A DNA stretch of 52,806 bases, taken from assembly GCA_032126655.1 (NCBI GenBank), contig JAQBAU010000012.1, positions 1 through 52,806 on the forward strand, written 5' to 3'. The notes under the pieces were generated by a model that had not been told where the DNA came from, did not search any database, and was given only the letters and a program-made list of their open reading frames with translations. This document shows positions 8,340-16,833 of this stretch, one piece after another. Position numbers and translations under genes: made by a program. The first letter of the stretch is position 1, and every line of letters begins with the position of its first letter. The DNA comes from Desulfobacterales bacterium. GTDB lineage: Bacteria; Desulfobacterota; Desulfobacteria; Desulfobacterales; C00003060.

Positions 8340-8852
8340 ATGTTAAAGGGCTCAAATCAAATGATCAACAAACATGGCCTCAGGTTGGCCGTGATCTTCT
8401 TGGCCATTTCCGGGATGATTCTTGCGGGAATCAGAAGCACAGAATCAAAAGAAGTCCCCAAAGTCGCGAGCGAACACCAAGGATCCGAAAGACTTCCGGG
8501 AAACGATTTCTCGGGAAGGGAAATTATCGTATACTATTTTCACGGGACGTACCGGTGTCCCTCATGCCTGCAAATAGAGGATTGGTCGTTTGATGCGATA
8601 CAAGAAAGGTTTGCCCCGGCACTTGAACAAGGGACGATCGCGTGGAAAACGATAAACATTGACAAGCCGGAAAACCGTGATCTCGCGGAAGCGTATCAAG
8701 TCTCAAACCAGGCCCTGATTATTGCAGAGATGACTGGAAAGAAGCAAAAACGGTACAAAAACCTTGAAAAGGTATGGGAGTACCTTTCGGATCAAAAAAC
8801 CTTCTATGACTACGTAACGCAGGAGATAGACAAGTTCTTGACCGGAATATGA
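8340..8852 (+). CDS. membrane-anchored thioredoxin-fold protein, ArsF-like family
   Basis: N-terminal anchor and YYFHGTYRCPSCLQIE CxxC motif. Starts 3 nt after ccdA. The family name is recalled from annotation practice and was not verified. Confidence 0.5.
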   Translation: MLKGSNQMINKHGLRLAVIFLAISGMILAGIRSTESKEVPKVASEHQGSERLPGNDFSGREIIVYYFHGTYRCPSCLQIEDWSFDAIQERFAPALEQGTIAWKTINIDKPENRDLAEAYQVSNQALIIAEMTGKKQKRYKNLEKVWEYLSDQKTFYDYVTQEIDKFLTGI

Positions 8853-8940
8853 ATATAGGGGTCAACAAATAGAGCTTTTTGACTGAAGCTCTCCGCAGTC
8901 CCGACAAAATCGGGGCGGGGGATACTGTTCCTAACGCTGT

Positions 8941-9115
8941 TCATAAAAGTTCACGCCGGCCCCCTGATTCATCTATGTGGTCTTCTCCTGTCCTTTCCCT
9001 CTCTCCTATCTCGACCGCTTCTTCGTTCGGGTTTTTTGTAATTAGGATCCTTGAACTTCCTGCGAGGGCCCCCATATCTTCGTTCTCTTCCGGAACGACG
9101 CTCTCCTTCATTCAT
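8941..9115 (-). other. candidate small ORF(s) below the ORF-track cutoff, two overlapping frames behind one Shine-Dalgarno
   Basis: SD aaggaga (complement of 9121-9127). ATG 9115 gives a 48-aa Arg-rich peptide (MNEGERRSGRERRYGGPRRKF...RRSGRDRREGKDRRRPHR, stop 8969). ATG 9111 gives a 56-aa acidic peptide (MKESVVPEENEDMGAL..., stop 8941). Confidence 0.3.
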
Positions 9116-9152
9116 GACATTCTCCTTTCGCCTTCAGGTGATGCGGCATCTA

Positions 9153-9668
9153 CTACGGTTCAGGATCTTGCCAGACTTCGATGCCGTTTTTTGTGTCCTG
9201 GACAAGGACGGAGCGCCCGTGCGGGAACAGTTTCAGAAGGATCCAAATATCCCCCATAGATCCGATGGTATTAGTCATGAGACACAGAAAAACAAAGGTT
9301 CTGAGGAAGCCGACCGCATACAGAGAAATGCATATCACATTCAGAGTGACTAGTGGTGCGAGAGTAACGAACATGAAGTGTGTGCGGGGGACTTTTGTGT
9401 CGAAAGTGACGTAGAAAAACGGCGGCTTGATCCCGAAGATCGGTTGGTGACCAAAAAGAAGGGCAACCGCGCCATGAATACCTTCGTGAAGGAATATGGT
9501 GGTAACGATAGCGCATGCCAGCCAGGCGAATAACGCGGGCCGCAAAGTAAAGTCAATGAATGGTATCCAGCTGTTGATAAGACCCGTACCCACTCCAATA
9601 CATGTGCCATATACCATGGCCTTGTTCCTTGAATACGTGTAGTCAGCGATCTTGGTTATTTCAGGCAC
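9153..9668 (-). CDS. DUF3267-like membrane protein (putative zincin peptidase, HExxH)
   Basis: TM helices plus FLHEGIHGAVALLFGH. Confidence 0.5.
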   Translation of the reverse strand: MPEITKIADYTYSRNKAMVYGTCIGVGTGLINSWIPFIDFTLRPALFAWLACAIVTTIFLHEGIHGAVALLFGHQPIFGIKPPFFYVTFDTKVPRTHFMFVTLAPLVTLNVICISLYAVGFLRTFVFLCLMTNTIGSMGDIWILLKLFPHGRSVLVQDTKNGIEVWQDPEP

Positions 9669-9669
9669 C

Positions 9670-10380
9670 TCAACCCAGGTAGGCTTGCTTGACTTGGGGA
9701 TTGGTCAGTAATTCGGCAGATTCTCCTTCCAGCACCAGGTTGCCGCTTTCCAACACGTAACCCCTCTGTGCAAATTGAAGTGCCAGGCGGGCGTTCTGCT
9801 CGACGAGAAGGATCGTCGTTCCCTCCTCCTTTAGTTCCTTCAGTGCTTCAAACACGCTCATCATCAATAACGGAGCTAGCCCCATGGAGGGTTCGTCCAG
9901 GAGCATAATTTTTCTGCCACTCATGAAGGCTCTTCCGATCGCCAGCATCTGCTGCTCTCCGCCGCTGAGTGTTCCCGCCTTCTGGGTCTTTCTCTCGTCG
10001 AGGCGCGGGAAAATGGAAAAGACCCTACGGAGATCCCTCTCTATTGCCTTACCGTCTTTCCTTGCAAAGGTAGACAGTTGGAGGTTTTCCATGACTGTCA
10101 AGTTGCCAAATACGCGCCTTCCCTCCGGGACGTGGGAGATTCCGAGTTCGCTGACAACCTTGTCGGGGGGGTATTTGAGCAGATTCTTTCCCATGTATGT
10201 CATTTTGGCTCCGGCTTCCACAGGGATCAAACGCGAAATAGCCCGCAACGTGGTGCTCTTTCCGGCGCCATTGGCGCCGATGATACACACACTTTCTCCT
10301 TCATCGATTCGGAAGCTGATGCCGTGGAGTGCCCTGATCCTATCGTAGGAAACACTCAGGTTTTCCACTTCTAGGAGCAT
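9670..10380 (-). CDS. livF: branched-chain amino acid ABC transporter ATP-binding protein
   Basis: Walker A GANGAGKST, signature LSGGEQQ, Walker B MLLDEPS, and C-terminal YLG typical of LivF. Confidence 0.9.
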   Translation of the reverse strand: MLLEVENLSVSYDRIRALHGISFRIDEGESVCIIGANGAGKSTTLRAISRLIPVEAGAKMTYMGKNLLKYPPDKVVSELGISHVPEGRRVFGNLTVMENLQLSTFARKDGKAIERDLRRVFSIFPRLDERKTQKAGTLSGGEQQMLAIGRAFMSGRKIMLLDEPSMGLAPLLMMSVFEALKELKEEGTTILLVEQNARLALQFAQRGYVLESGNLVLEGESAELLTNPQVKQAYLG

Positions 10381-11150
10381 TAGTGAACTGCCTCCGTGCC
10401 TAAATAAGCGTCTATAACCTTAGGGTCGTTTTGAATCTCTTGTGGAGTTCCTTCCGCAATGACCTCGCCAAAGACCAGTGCCTGCACGATCTCACAGAGC
10501 TCCATGACGATTTTCATTCTATGTTCAATAAGGAAGATGGCTATGCCCAGCTCGTCGTGGATTTGACGGATGACTTCCATCATTTGAATCAACTCTTCCG
10601 GGTTCATTCCTGCCGTGGGTTCATCCAAAAACAGTATCTTGGGTTCTGTAGCCAACGCCCGGGCCAGTTCCACTCTTCTCTGTGCACCGTATGGAAGACT
10701 GGTCACAACCTGATCCGCGAGGTTGCCGATGTCCAAGCGTGTTAGAAGGCTGTGGGATTTCTTTTCGATCTCTGCCTCTTCCCTGTGGCGCTTGGAGGTA
10801 CCAAAGAAAGCCCCCACGAGTCCGTAGCTGATTTTAGAGTAGTTGGCCATCTTCACGTGTTCGAGGACAGTCATGTGTCGCCACAACCTTAGATTTTGAA
10901 AGGTCCTGCCAAGACCCCTGGCGGCTATCTGGTGAGGTTGAAGTCCTACGATTGGCTTGCCATCCAGGATGATGTTCCCTTCAGTGGGTCTGTAGATCCC
11001 GCTGATGATGTCAAAAATGGTAGTCTTGCCGGCTCCGTTGGGACCGATCAGTCCCCTGACCTGACCTGGTTCAATCTCCAGGTTGTAGTCGTTGACAGCA
11101 CGAAGACCACCGAAGTTGTGGCTCATATTCTCAACCCGAAGCAATGCCAT
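10380..11150 (-). CDS. livG: branched-chain amino acid ABC transporter ATP-binding protein
   Basis: GPNGAGKTT, LPYGAQRRVELARAL, LFLDEPTAGMNP. 1-nt overlap with livF. Confidence 0.9.
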   Translation of the reverse strand: MALLRVENMSHNFGGLRAVNDYNLEIEPGQVRGLIGPNGAGKTTIFDIISGIYRPTEGNIILDGKPIVGLQPHQIAARGLGRTFQNLRLWRHMTVLEHVKMANYSKISYGLVGAFFGTSKRHREEAEIEKKSHSLLTRLDIGNLADQVVTSLPYGAQRRVELARALATEPKILFLDEPTAGMNPEELIQMMEVIRQIHDELGIAIFLIEHRMKIVMELCEIVQALVFGEVIAEGTPQEIQNDPKVIDAYLGTEAVH

Positions 11151-11151
11151 A

Positions 11152-12483
11152 CTACGCTTCTTCTCCTGCAGAGGACGTACTGCGTTCCCGCGGTTCCCCT
11201 TTTGGTTTCATCATTCTTCTGACGTCAAACTCCTTGAAGGCGATCAGGCCGGTCGGCCGAAAAATCATCAGCAAGATGAGAAGTAACGGAATGATAATCC
11301 ACTTCAGCATCTCTAATGGTCGCAAGGCTTCGCCAAGAAGGCTCAAGCTCAAGGCGCCAACAATCGATCCGTACACAGAGTTGAGTCCTCCGAAGTAGAC
11401 CATGGCCAGGACTTCGGCAAGTTTTTGAATGCCGAAGGTTCCAGGATTGACATACCTGAGAACATGGGCGAAAAGTCCCCCGGCTACACCTGCCCAGAAC
11501 GCCCCGAACAGGAATGCCGTAATCTTGGTGCGTCTTGTGTTGACCGTCATGGCATTAGCGGCCATCTCCTCGTCCCGCACCGCGTTGAGTGCCTTTCCGA
11601 GAGTAGAACGCACGAAGTTGTTGATGATCCATATACAGGCGACGGTCCAAAGGAAGACGGTAGGCAGGTTGGCCAAATCCGGCTGACTGCTCAATCCTCG
11701 TGCACCCCCAACGACTTCAAGGTTCTCGATCAAGCTTTTAACGATGAACATGAATGCCAGGGAGACTATGGCCAGATAGTCGCCTCTCGTTTTGAACGAG
11801 GGAATCGCGATAGCAAGTGCTCCCAGGGCTGCAACCACTCCCCCCATGATCAATCCAACAGGAAACATGAACGGCCCCAAGGCAGCAGGGAGAAGCGCTG
11901 GCCCGAAAAGCTTGTCGTTGACGAACAGGGCTACGGTGAAGGCCGAGGCCCCGTAAGCGCCCAAAGCCATGAATCCCGGGTGAGAGCAGGAGAACTCTCC
12001 CATATACCCGTTGATTACGTTCAAACTCAGGGTGACCATGATGGCAATCAGGGTAAGCTTCAGAGTAATGACCCTGTAGGCACTGATCCCAGACCAGAAA
12101 TGCAAGGCAGCGTAGAGGAGACCAAGGTGGATCGTGACGGAGAACCACATGGGAAGACTGAAGAGTCTTGCGGCCAGCCTGTTTGTCAGTGGGGCGCTCA
12201 GACGGGCGAATACTCCTATGGGCAAAACATATATCAGAACTACGTATAGGACCGCGCCCGGAATCAGCACAGGTTTTTTGAGCATGATAACGGAGCCGAA
12301 AAGGACAGGTATTTTGGACAATCCCAAAGCCAGCGCAAGTTGGTTACCCAGGAGATGTTCAAGGGTAACCGCTATCGGCGCTCCAAGGAGCCAGCCCAGC
12401 AAAGGAACCCGGGAGAACAGGTTCCGGATCCTTATTAAGTGTCTTCTATCCTTTGTGGGGGGACTCAAGGTTCGTCGCTCCAA
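11152..12483 (-). CDS. livM: branched-chain amino acid ABC transporter permease (long N-terminal extension; start uncertain)
   Basis: LivM-type polytopic permease (NVINGYMGEFSCSHPGFMALGAYG). The listed start is TTG and the next Met is residue 67. Confidence 0.8.
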   Translation of the reverse strand: MERRTLSPPTKDRRHLIRIRNLFSRVPLLGWLLGAPIAVTLEHLLGNQLALALGLSKIPVLFGSVIMLKKPVLIPGAVLYVVLIYVLPIGVFARLSAPLTNRLAARLFSLPMWFSVTIHLGLLYAALHFWSGISAYRVITLKLTLIAIMVTLSLNVINGYMGEFSCSHPGFMALGAYGASAFTVALFVNDKLFGPALLPAALGPFMFPVGLIMGGVVAALGALAIAIPSFKTRGDYLAIVSLAFMFIVKSLIENLEVVGGARGLSSQPDLANLPTVFLWTVACIWIINNFVRSTLGKALNAVRDEEMAANAMTVNTRRTKITAFLFGAFWAGVAGGLFAHVLRYVNPGTFGIQKLAEVLAMVYFGGLNSVYGSIVGALSLSLLGEALRPLEMLKWIIIPLLLILLMIFRPTGLIAFKEFDVRRMMKPKGEPRERSTSSAGEEA

Positions 12484-12488
12484 TGAAC

Positions 12489-12565
12489 GGATACTGGATA
12501 CTGGTCTCTGGATACTGGATAAAGTGGTATTCTAATGTTTCGTCCAGCATCCAGAATCCAGCATC
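12489..12565. repeat. imperfect palindrome built from 7-nt periodic units in the livH-livM spacer
   Basis: Left arm ggatact ggatact ggtctct ggatact ggataaa. Right arm tccagca tccagaa tccagca is its imperfect reverse complement. Confidence 0.7.
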
Positions 12566-12636
12566 TGTCTCTTATGCCCTAAATGTGTCGCAGGGCCCAT
12601 ACGCTATTATCTGGACAAAAGACATGCTCCAAAAAC

Positions 12637-13560
12637 TCACAGCCTCAGACGGGCGCTGTATGGCTCGCCAAAGAAGCCGTGGGGCCTGAAGGTCAGGATG
12701 ACCAGGATAATGGAGTAGGCGATGAAATCCCGCATTGTCGAGGGAAAGATCATCGCCACGAAGATTTCAATGAATCCCAGCATAAAGCCGGCCAGAGTTG
12801 CCCCCAGTATTGAGCCCCTTCCCCCCAGGATCGCAGCCACGAATGCCTTCCACCCGAATACGATCCCCATGTGAGCATCCAGTACCGGATACGCCACGCC
12901 AAAGAGTATCCCTGCCGCAGCAGCCAGCGCCGAGCCGATGGCAAAGGTCAAGGCCGCAATGGTGTTCAACGGCACGCCCATCAAGGGCACAACGGCATAG
13001 TCGAAGGCCATTGCCCGCATGGCCATCCCCCACTTGGTCCTTCGCACGAACTGATGTAAGGCTGTCATCAGCAGCAAAGAGACGACGACAATCATGATCT
13101 TCTTATTTGTTACAAACACGCCGCCGATGTTGTAGGTAGTTGACTCGATTAGGGACGGGAACCTGAGGCGTCTGGGACCTATCATGGCTAGGTTTCCGGT
13201 CTCAAGGATTATGCCGATCATCAGACCGGTGATTGCAGCCGAGGCCCGAGGCGCTTCCCTCAAGGGCCGATAGCCTACCCTTTCCACCAGCACGCCAACA
13301 AATGAAGTGAGGAACATAGAGATGAGGATGGTCAGCACCAGGATCAGCCAACCGGGCAAGGCAACGGCGCTCATGGAGGCGAGCGCCACCAGTCCAGTTG
13401 CGACACCGAACCCGATGTAGGCCCCGACCATGAAAATATCGCCGTGAGCAAAGTTGAACAACATCAGGACTCCGTACACCATGGAATATCCCAATGCGAT
13501 CAAGGCGTAGAAGCTGCCCCACTGCAAGGCGTTGACCAGATTCTGGAAGAAAAAGGTCAA
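12637..13560 (-). CDS. livH: branched-chain amino acid ABC transporter permease
   Basis: LivH-type sequence (FNFAHGDIFMVGAYIG; 8 or so TM helices). Confidence 0.9.
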   Translation of the reverse strand: MTFFFQNLVNALQWGSFYALIALGYSMVYGVLMLFNFAHGDIFMVGAYIGFGVATGLVALASMSAVALPGWLILVLTILISMFLTSFVGVLVERVGYRPLREAPRASAAITGLMIGIILETGNLAMIGPRRLRFPSLIESTTYNIGGVFVTNKKIMIVVVSLLLMTALHQFVRRTKWGMAMRAMAFDYAVVPLMGVPLNTIAALTFAIGSALAAAAGILFGVAYPVLDAHMGIVFGWKAFVAAILGGRGSILGATLAGFMLGFIEIFVAMIFPSTMRDFIAYSIILVILTFRPHGFFGEPYSARLRL

Positions 13561-13580
13561 TGTAGTCGTTCCTTTTTGCT

Positions 13581-13635
13581 GAAAAAAGGCGGGCTCAGGT
13601 TCAGGCTCATCGCCTTTGCCCCGGCCCGCCCTTTT
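13581..13635 (-). terminator. intercistronic hairpin/attenuating terminator between the binding-protein gene and livH
   Basis: Minus strand reads aaaagggcgggc, ~29-nt loop, gcccgcctttttt. Confidence 0.45.
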
Positions 13636-13718
13636 GTGCGCCGAGTTTCAACTCGCTTGGGCCTAAACGACCTCTTCGTTGACAGGTCGTCAGCAAAAGT
13701 CATGGTTCGCGACTGCAA

Positions 13719-14891
13719 TTATGGACAGACAGATTTATAAAACTCGTATTCACCCTTGTCGCTGATCCTGACAATGACGGCACACTTTATAGGGTCTCCA
13801 TCTTCAGTGAACGTCATTTGCCCTGTAATGCCATTGAATTTCTTGATCCGGGCCATGGCGTCTCGGACACACTGACGGTCCTTCCCAAGATTTCCGGTAA
13901 TGGTCCCACAAGCCTGAATGGCCTCTTGAACGATGTGGAGGGAATCCCAGGTCAAGGCAGCGACATCGTCAGGTACGTACCCATGCTCTTTGTTGTAGCG
14001 ATCAATGAATGCCTTCGTTGCTCCGGTGGCGCCGGCAGCAGCATAATGCGTGCTGAAGAAGAGTCCGTAGCAATGCTTGCCGCAGAGTTCCACGGTTTCT
14101 GCTGAACCCCAGCTGTCGCTTCCCACGATTGGCTTGTTCCACCCCAGTTCATGAGCCTGCTGAACGATTAAGGCCACCTCATTATAGTATTGAGGCGTGA
14201 ACAATACTTCCGCGCCCGATCTGATGATCTTCGTCAACTGAGAACTGAAGTCAGCATCTTTGGTAGTGAAGCTCTCAAAGGCTACGACGGAGCCTGGACC
14301 GTACAGGCCTTCCCATGCCTTCTTGAAGAACTCGGCCAGACCCTTGGGGTAGTCACTGGCGACATCGTATAGGACGGCAGCTTTTTTGAATCCAAATTCT
14401 TCTTTGATGAAATTGGCCAACACCGGCCCTTGGAAAGGATCAAGGAAGCAGCCGCGAAAAACATACGGGCGGTCCTTGGTGCTGTCAGGATTCGTGGACC
14501 ATGGTGTGACCATTGGGGTTTTGTAGTTGTTAGCCACTTCACCTGCGGGCACCGCCTGTTTGGAGGCCTGAGGTCCGACAATGACAAGCACTTCGTCCTC
14601 AGTGATCATCTTCGTATTCACCTTCACGGCCGATTCAGCCTTGGCCTCGTTGTCATCAACGACCAATTCGACCTGGTACATCTTCCCTCCGACCTTGAGA
14701 CCCCCTGCGGCCTTAATGTCTGCAAGCCACATCTGGGCGGCAAACTTCGTGCCCTCGCCTACCTTGGGGATGTCGCCTGTAATAGGGGCGTTAATACCGA
14801 TCTTGATGGTGTCTTTTGCGCACCAGGCAGATGGGGCAGAAACCAATAGGACACAAACCAGGAGCATAATTACTGCGGGGTGCTTTTTCAT
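13719..14891 (-). CDS. periplasmic branched-chain amino acid-binding protein (LivK/LivJ family)
   Basis: Signal peptide MKKHPAVIMLLVCVLLVSAPSAWC and type I periplasmic binding fold (IKIGINAPITGD). ATG 14891 is preceded by ggaggg. The listed ORF extends to 14996. Confidence 0.85.
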   Translation of the reverse strand: MKKHPAVIMLLVCVLLVSAPSAWCAKDTIKIGINAPITGDIPKVGEGTKFAAQMWLADIKAAGGLKVGGKMYQVELVVDDNEAKAESAVKVNTKMITEDEVLVIVGPQASKQAVPAGEVANNYKTPMVTPWSTNPDSTKDRPYVFRGCFLDPFQGPVLANFIKEEFGFKKAAVLYDVASDYPKGLAEFFKKAWEGLYGPGSVVAFESFTTKDADFSSQLTKIIRSGAEVLFTPQYYNEVALIVQQAHELGWNKPIVGSDSWGSAETVELCGKHCYGLFFSTHYAAAGATGATKAFIDRYNKEHGYVPDDVAALTWDSLHIVQEAIQACGTITGNLGKDRQCVRDAMARIKKFNGITGQMTFTEDGDPIKCAVIVRISDKGEYEFYKSVCP

Positions 14892-15092
14892 TCTGTAACC
14901 CTCCTCTTCTATTGATTCTCTTGCTTGCCTAAAGTCAACTTCACGGCCTGTACTCAGTGACGAGGAGATAACATAGGGGACACGAGTTTTCAACATTCAT
15001 ATCGATATCGATGCCTTCAATTGACACCAATCATTGGCTCCGTTATATTTAAACACTCAGCCATTGCGTAGGTAGGAGAAAATAGTCGGTTC

Positions 15093-15989
15093 ATGAATAC
15101 TGAGACTTCATTCAAATCCGGGTTTATTGGGATTCTTGGTGCGCCTAATGTGGGTAAGTCGACACTTATAAACCGGCTGCTCGGGCAGAAGATCGCCATC
15201 ACGTCGGAAAAGCCCCAGACTACTCGCCACCGTATCCTTGGCGTGGCCCATCAACCAGGTGCCCAGTTGGTGTTTTTAGACACACCTGGAATTCATCGGG
15301 CCAGGGGACCGCTAAATGTGCGCATGGTAGATGTGGCCCTGAAGGTCCTCGAGGATGTCGACCTGGTGGTGTTCATGACGGATGCGGCTTCTCCAGATGA
15401 TCTTTCCGATGAAATCATCCTTCAATCTGTGAAGAAAAGACCCCTTCCTGTCATTCTTGTGATCAACAAGATTGACCTGGTAAACAAGGAAACGCTGCTC
15501 CCCCTGATAGAACACTGGCGTGAAGTCTATCCCTTCCGGGCTGTTGTCCCAGTCTCGGCGTTGCGGGGCGTTCAGATTGATGTGTTGCTGTCAGAAATGG
15601 TCGCCGTGCTCCCTGAGGGGCCACGATATTATCCGGAAGAGAGCGTTACTGACTTGCCGGAGCGCTTTATCGCAGCTGAGATGATCAGGGAAAAGGTGTT
15701 TCGTTTGACGGGTCAGGAGATTCCCTACGGCGTGGCCGTAACGGTGGAGTCGTTCAAAGAGCGCCAGGAGAAAAACCTGATCGATGTTCAAGCCACCATC
15801 CATGTGGAACGTGATTCACAAAAACCCATCATTATTGGCAAGGGAGGAAAGCTGCTAAAGCAGATCGGGGAGCAGGCGAGAGAGGATATCGAACGCATGG
15901 TGGGGTGCAAGGTTTTCCTGAAGTTGTGGGTCCGCGTGCAGAAGAAATGGACCCGTGATGAAAAGGCGATCAGAAGATTTGGATACTGA
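15093..15989 (+). CDS. era: GTPase Era
   Basis: G1 [20 protein letters not shown], and a C-terminal KH domain ([13 protein letters not shown]). Confidence 0.92.
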   Translation: MNTETSFKSGFIGILGAPNVGKSTLINRLLGQKIAITSEKPQTTRHRILGVAHQPGAQLVFLDTPGIHRARGPLNVRMVDVALKVLEDVDLVVFMTDAASPDDLSDEIILQSVKKRPLPVILVINKIDLVNKETLLPLIEHWREVYPFRAVVPVSALRGVQIDVLLSEMVAVLPEGPRYYPEESVTDLPERFIAAEMIREKVFRLTGQEIPYGVAVTVESFKERQEKNLIDVQATIHVERDSQKPIIIGKGGKLLKQIGEQAREDIERMVGCKVFLKLWVRVQKKWTRDEKAIRRFGY

Positions 15990-15990
15990 G

Positions 15991-16833
15991 ATGGTTCTAT
16001 CATTTCACCCGAATATTGTAGCCGACAAAAACATTTTGTGCGCAGGTCGGTTGCCAGATGATGAAGATCGCGCCGCCATTTCCCGGGCTCAGGCTGTCAT
16101 CCTCCCTCAGGGGTGCAGTGAAGCCCTTTACAGGATGTGCCGCAATCACTGTCCTAACATCTTCCCTAACTATGATGCCCGCTTTGATTTCCCTGGCAAA
16201 GTCGGCCAGGCCAGGCTGTTTCAAAAGGTCGGAGCGCCGTTTCCCCATACCTATCCCTTTGATACGGTCTCTGACTACTACAAGGATTTCGGTGACAAAG
16301 GTCGTACGAGTCCCCTTGGGTTGCCATGCGTTTTTAAGTCTGACTGGGGCGGCGAGGGGGATGGGGTGTTTCAGGTCAAGACGGCCGAAGACCTGGAACA
16401 GGTCCTGGAAAAGGCCCAAAGCAATGAACAAAGCGGACAAAAGGGTTTCGTGCTTCAGACCTACATTCCTTCAAGGGATCGGAGTCTGCGAGTCGTGGTA
16501 ATTGGAGATGAATTCTTCAGTTATTGGCGCGTCCAGGAAGATCCGTCGCAGTTCGTGACAAGCCTGAACGCAGGAGCAGTCATTGACCATGATACCGACC
16601 CCGATCTGCAGAAAGCAGGTAGGGCTGAAGTGAAACAGTTCTGTATGGAGACCAGAATAGACTTAGCAGGATTTGATCTGCTCTTTCCGGAAGATGAACC
16701 AGATACAGGGCCCTTGTTTCTTGAGATAAACTACTTCTTTGGCAGACGAGGATTTGGAGGGTCGTTGGAGTATTATAAATTGTTCGAGGCAAGCGTCAGG
16801 AGGTGGCTAGGCCGACTTGGGCTGAGCCTTTGA
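15991..16833 (+). CDS. ATP-grasp domain protein (RimK/glutathione synthetase-like)
   Basis: ATP-grasp-like central region (VFKSDWGGEGDGVFQV...GFVLQTYIP...SLRVVVIG). ATG is 2 nt after the era stop. The listed ORF starts at 15955. Confidence 0.55.
   Translation: MVLSFHPNIVADKNILCAGRLPDDEDRAAISRAQAVILPQGCSEALYRMCRNHCPNIFPNYDARFDFPGKVGQARLFQKVGAPFPHTYPFDTVSDYYKDFGDKGRTSPLGLPCVFKSDWGGEGDGVFQVKTAEDLEQVLEKAQSNEQSGQKGFVLQTYIPSRDRSLRVVVIGDEFFSYWRVQEDPSQFVTSLNAGAVIDHDTDPDLQKAGRAEVKQFCMETRIDLAGFDLLFPEDEPDTGPLFLEINYFFGRRGFGGSLEYYKLFEASVRRWLGRLGLSL

Noticed and set aside
8879-9259. 126-aa plus-strand ORF in the arsF-like/DUF3267 spacer.
   Set aside because: Its translation is Ser/Pro-rich and low-complexity, it runs into the DUF3267 gene on the opposite strand, and it has no SD. 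The minus-strand small ORFs with a strong SD are the better, still tentative, explanation.
12489-12565. Possible CRISPR array, because of short direct repeats (also at 1344-1397, 34937-35025 and 44225-44320).
   Set aside because: The repeat unit is only 7-8 nt, the units are contiguous with no spacers, the arms are mutually complementary, and no cas genes are present.
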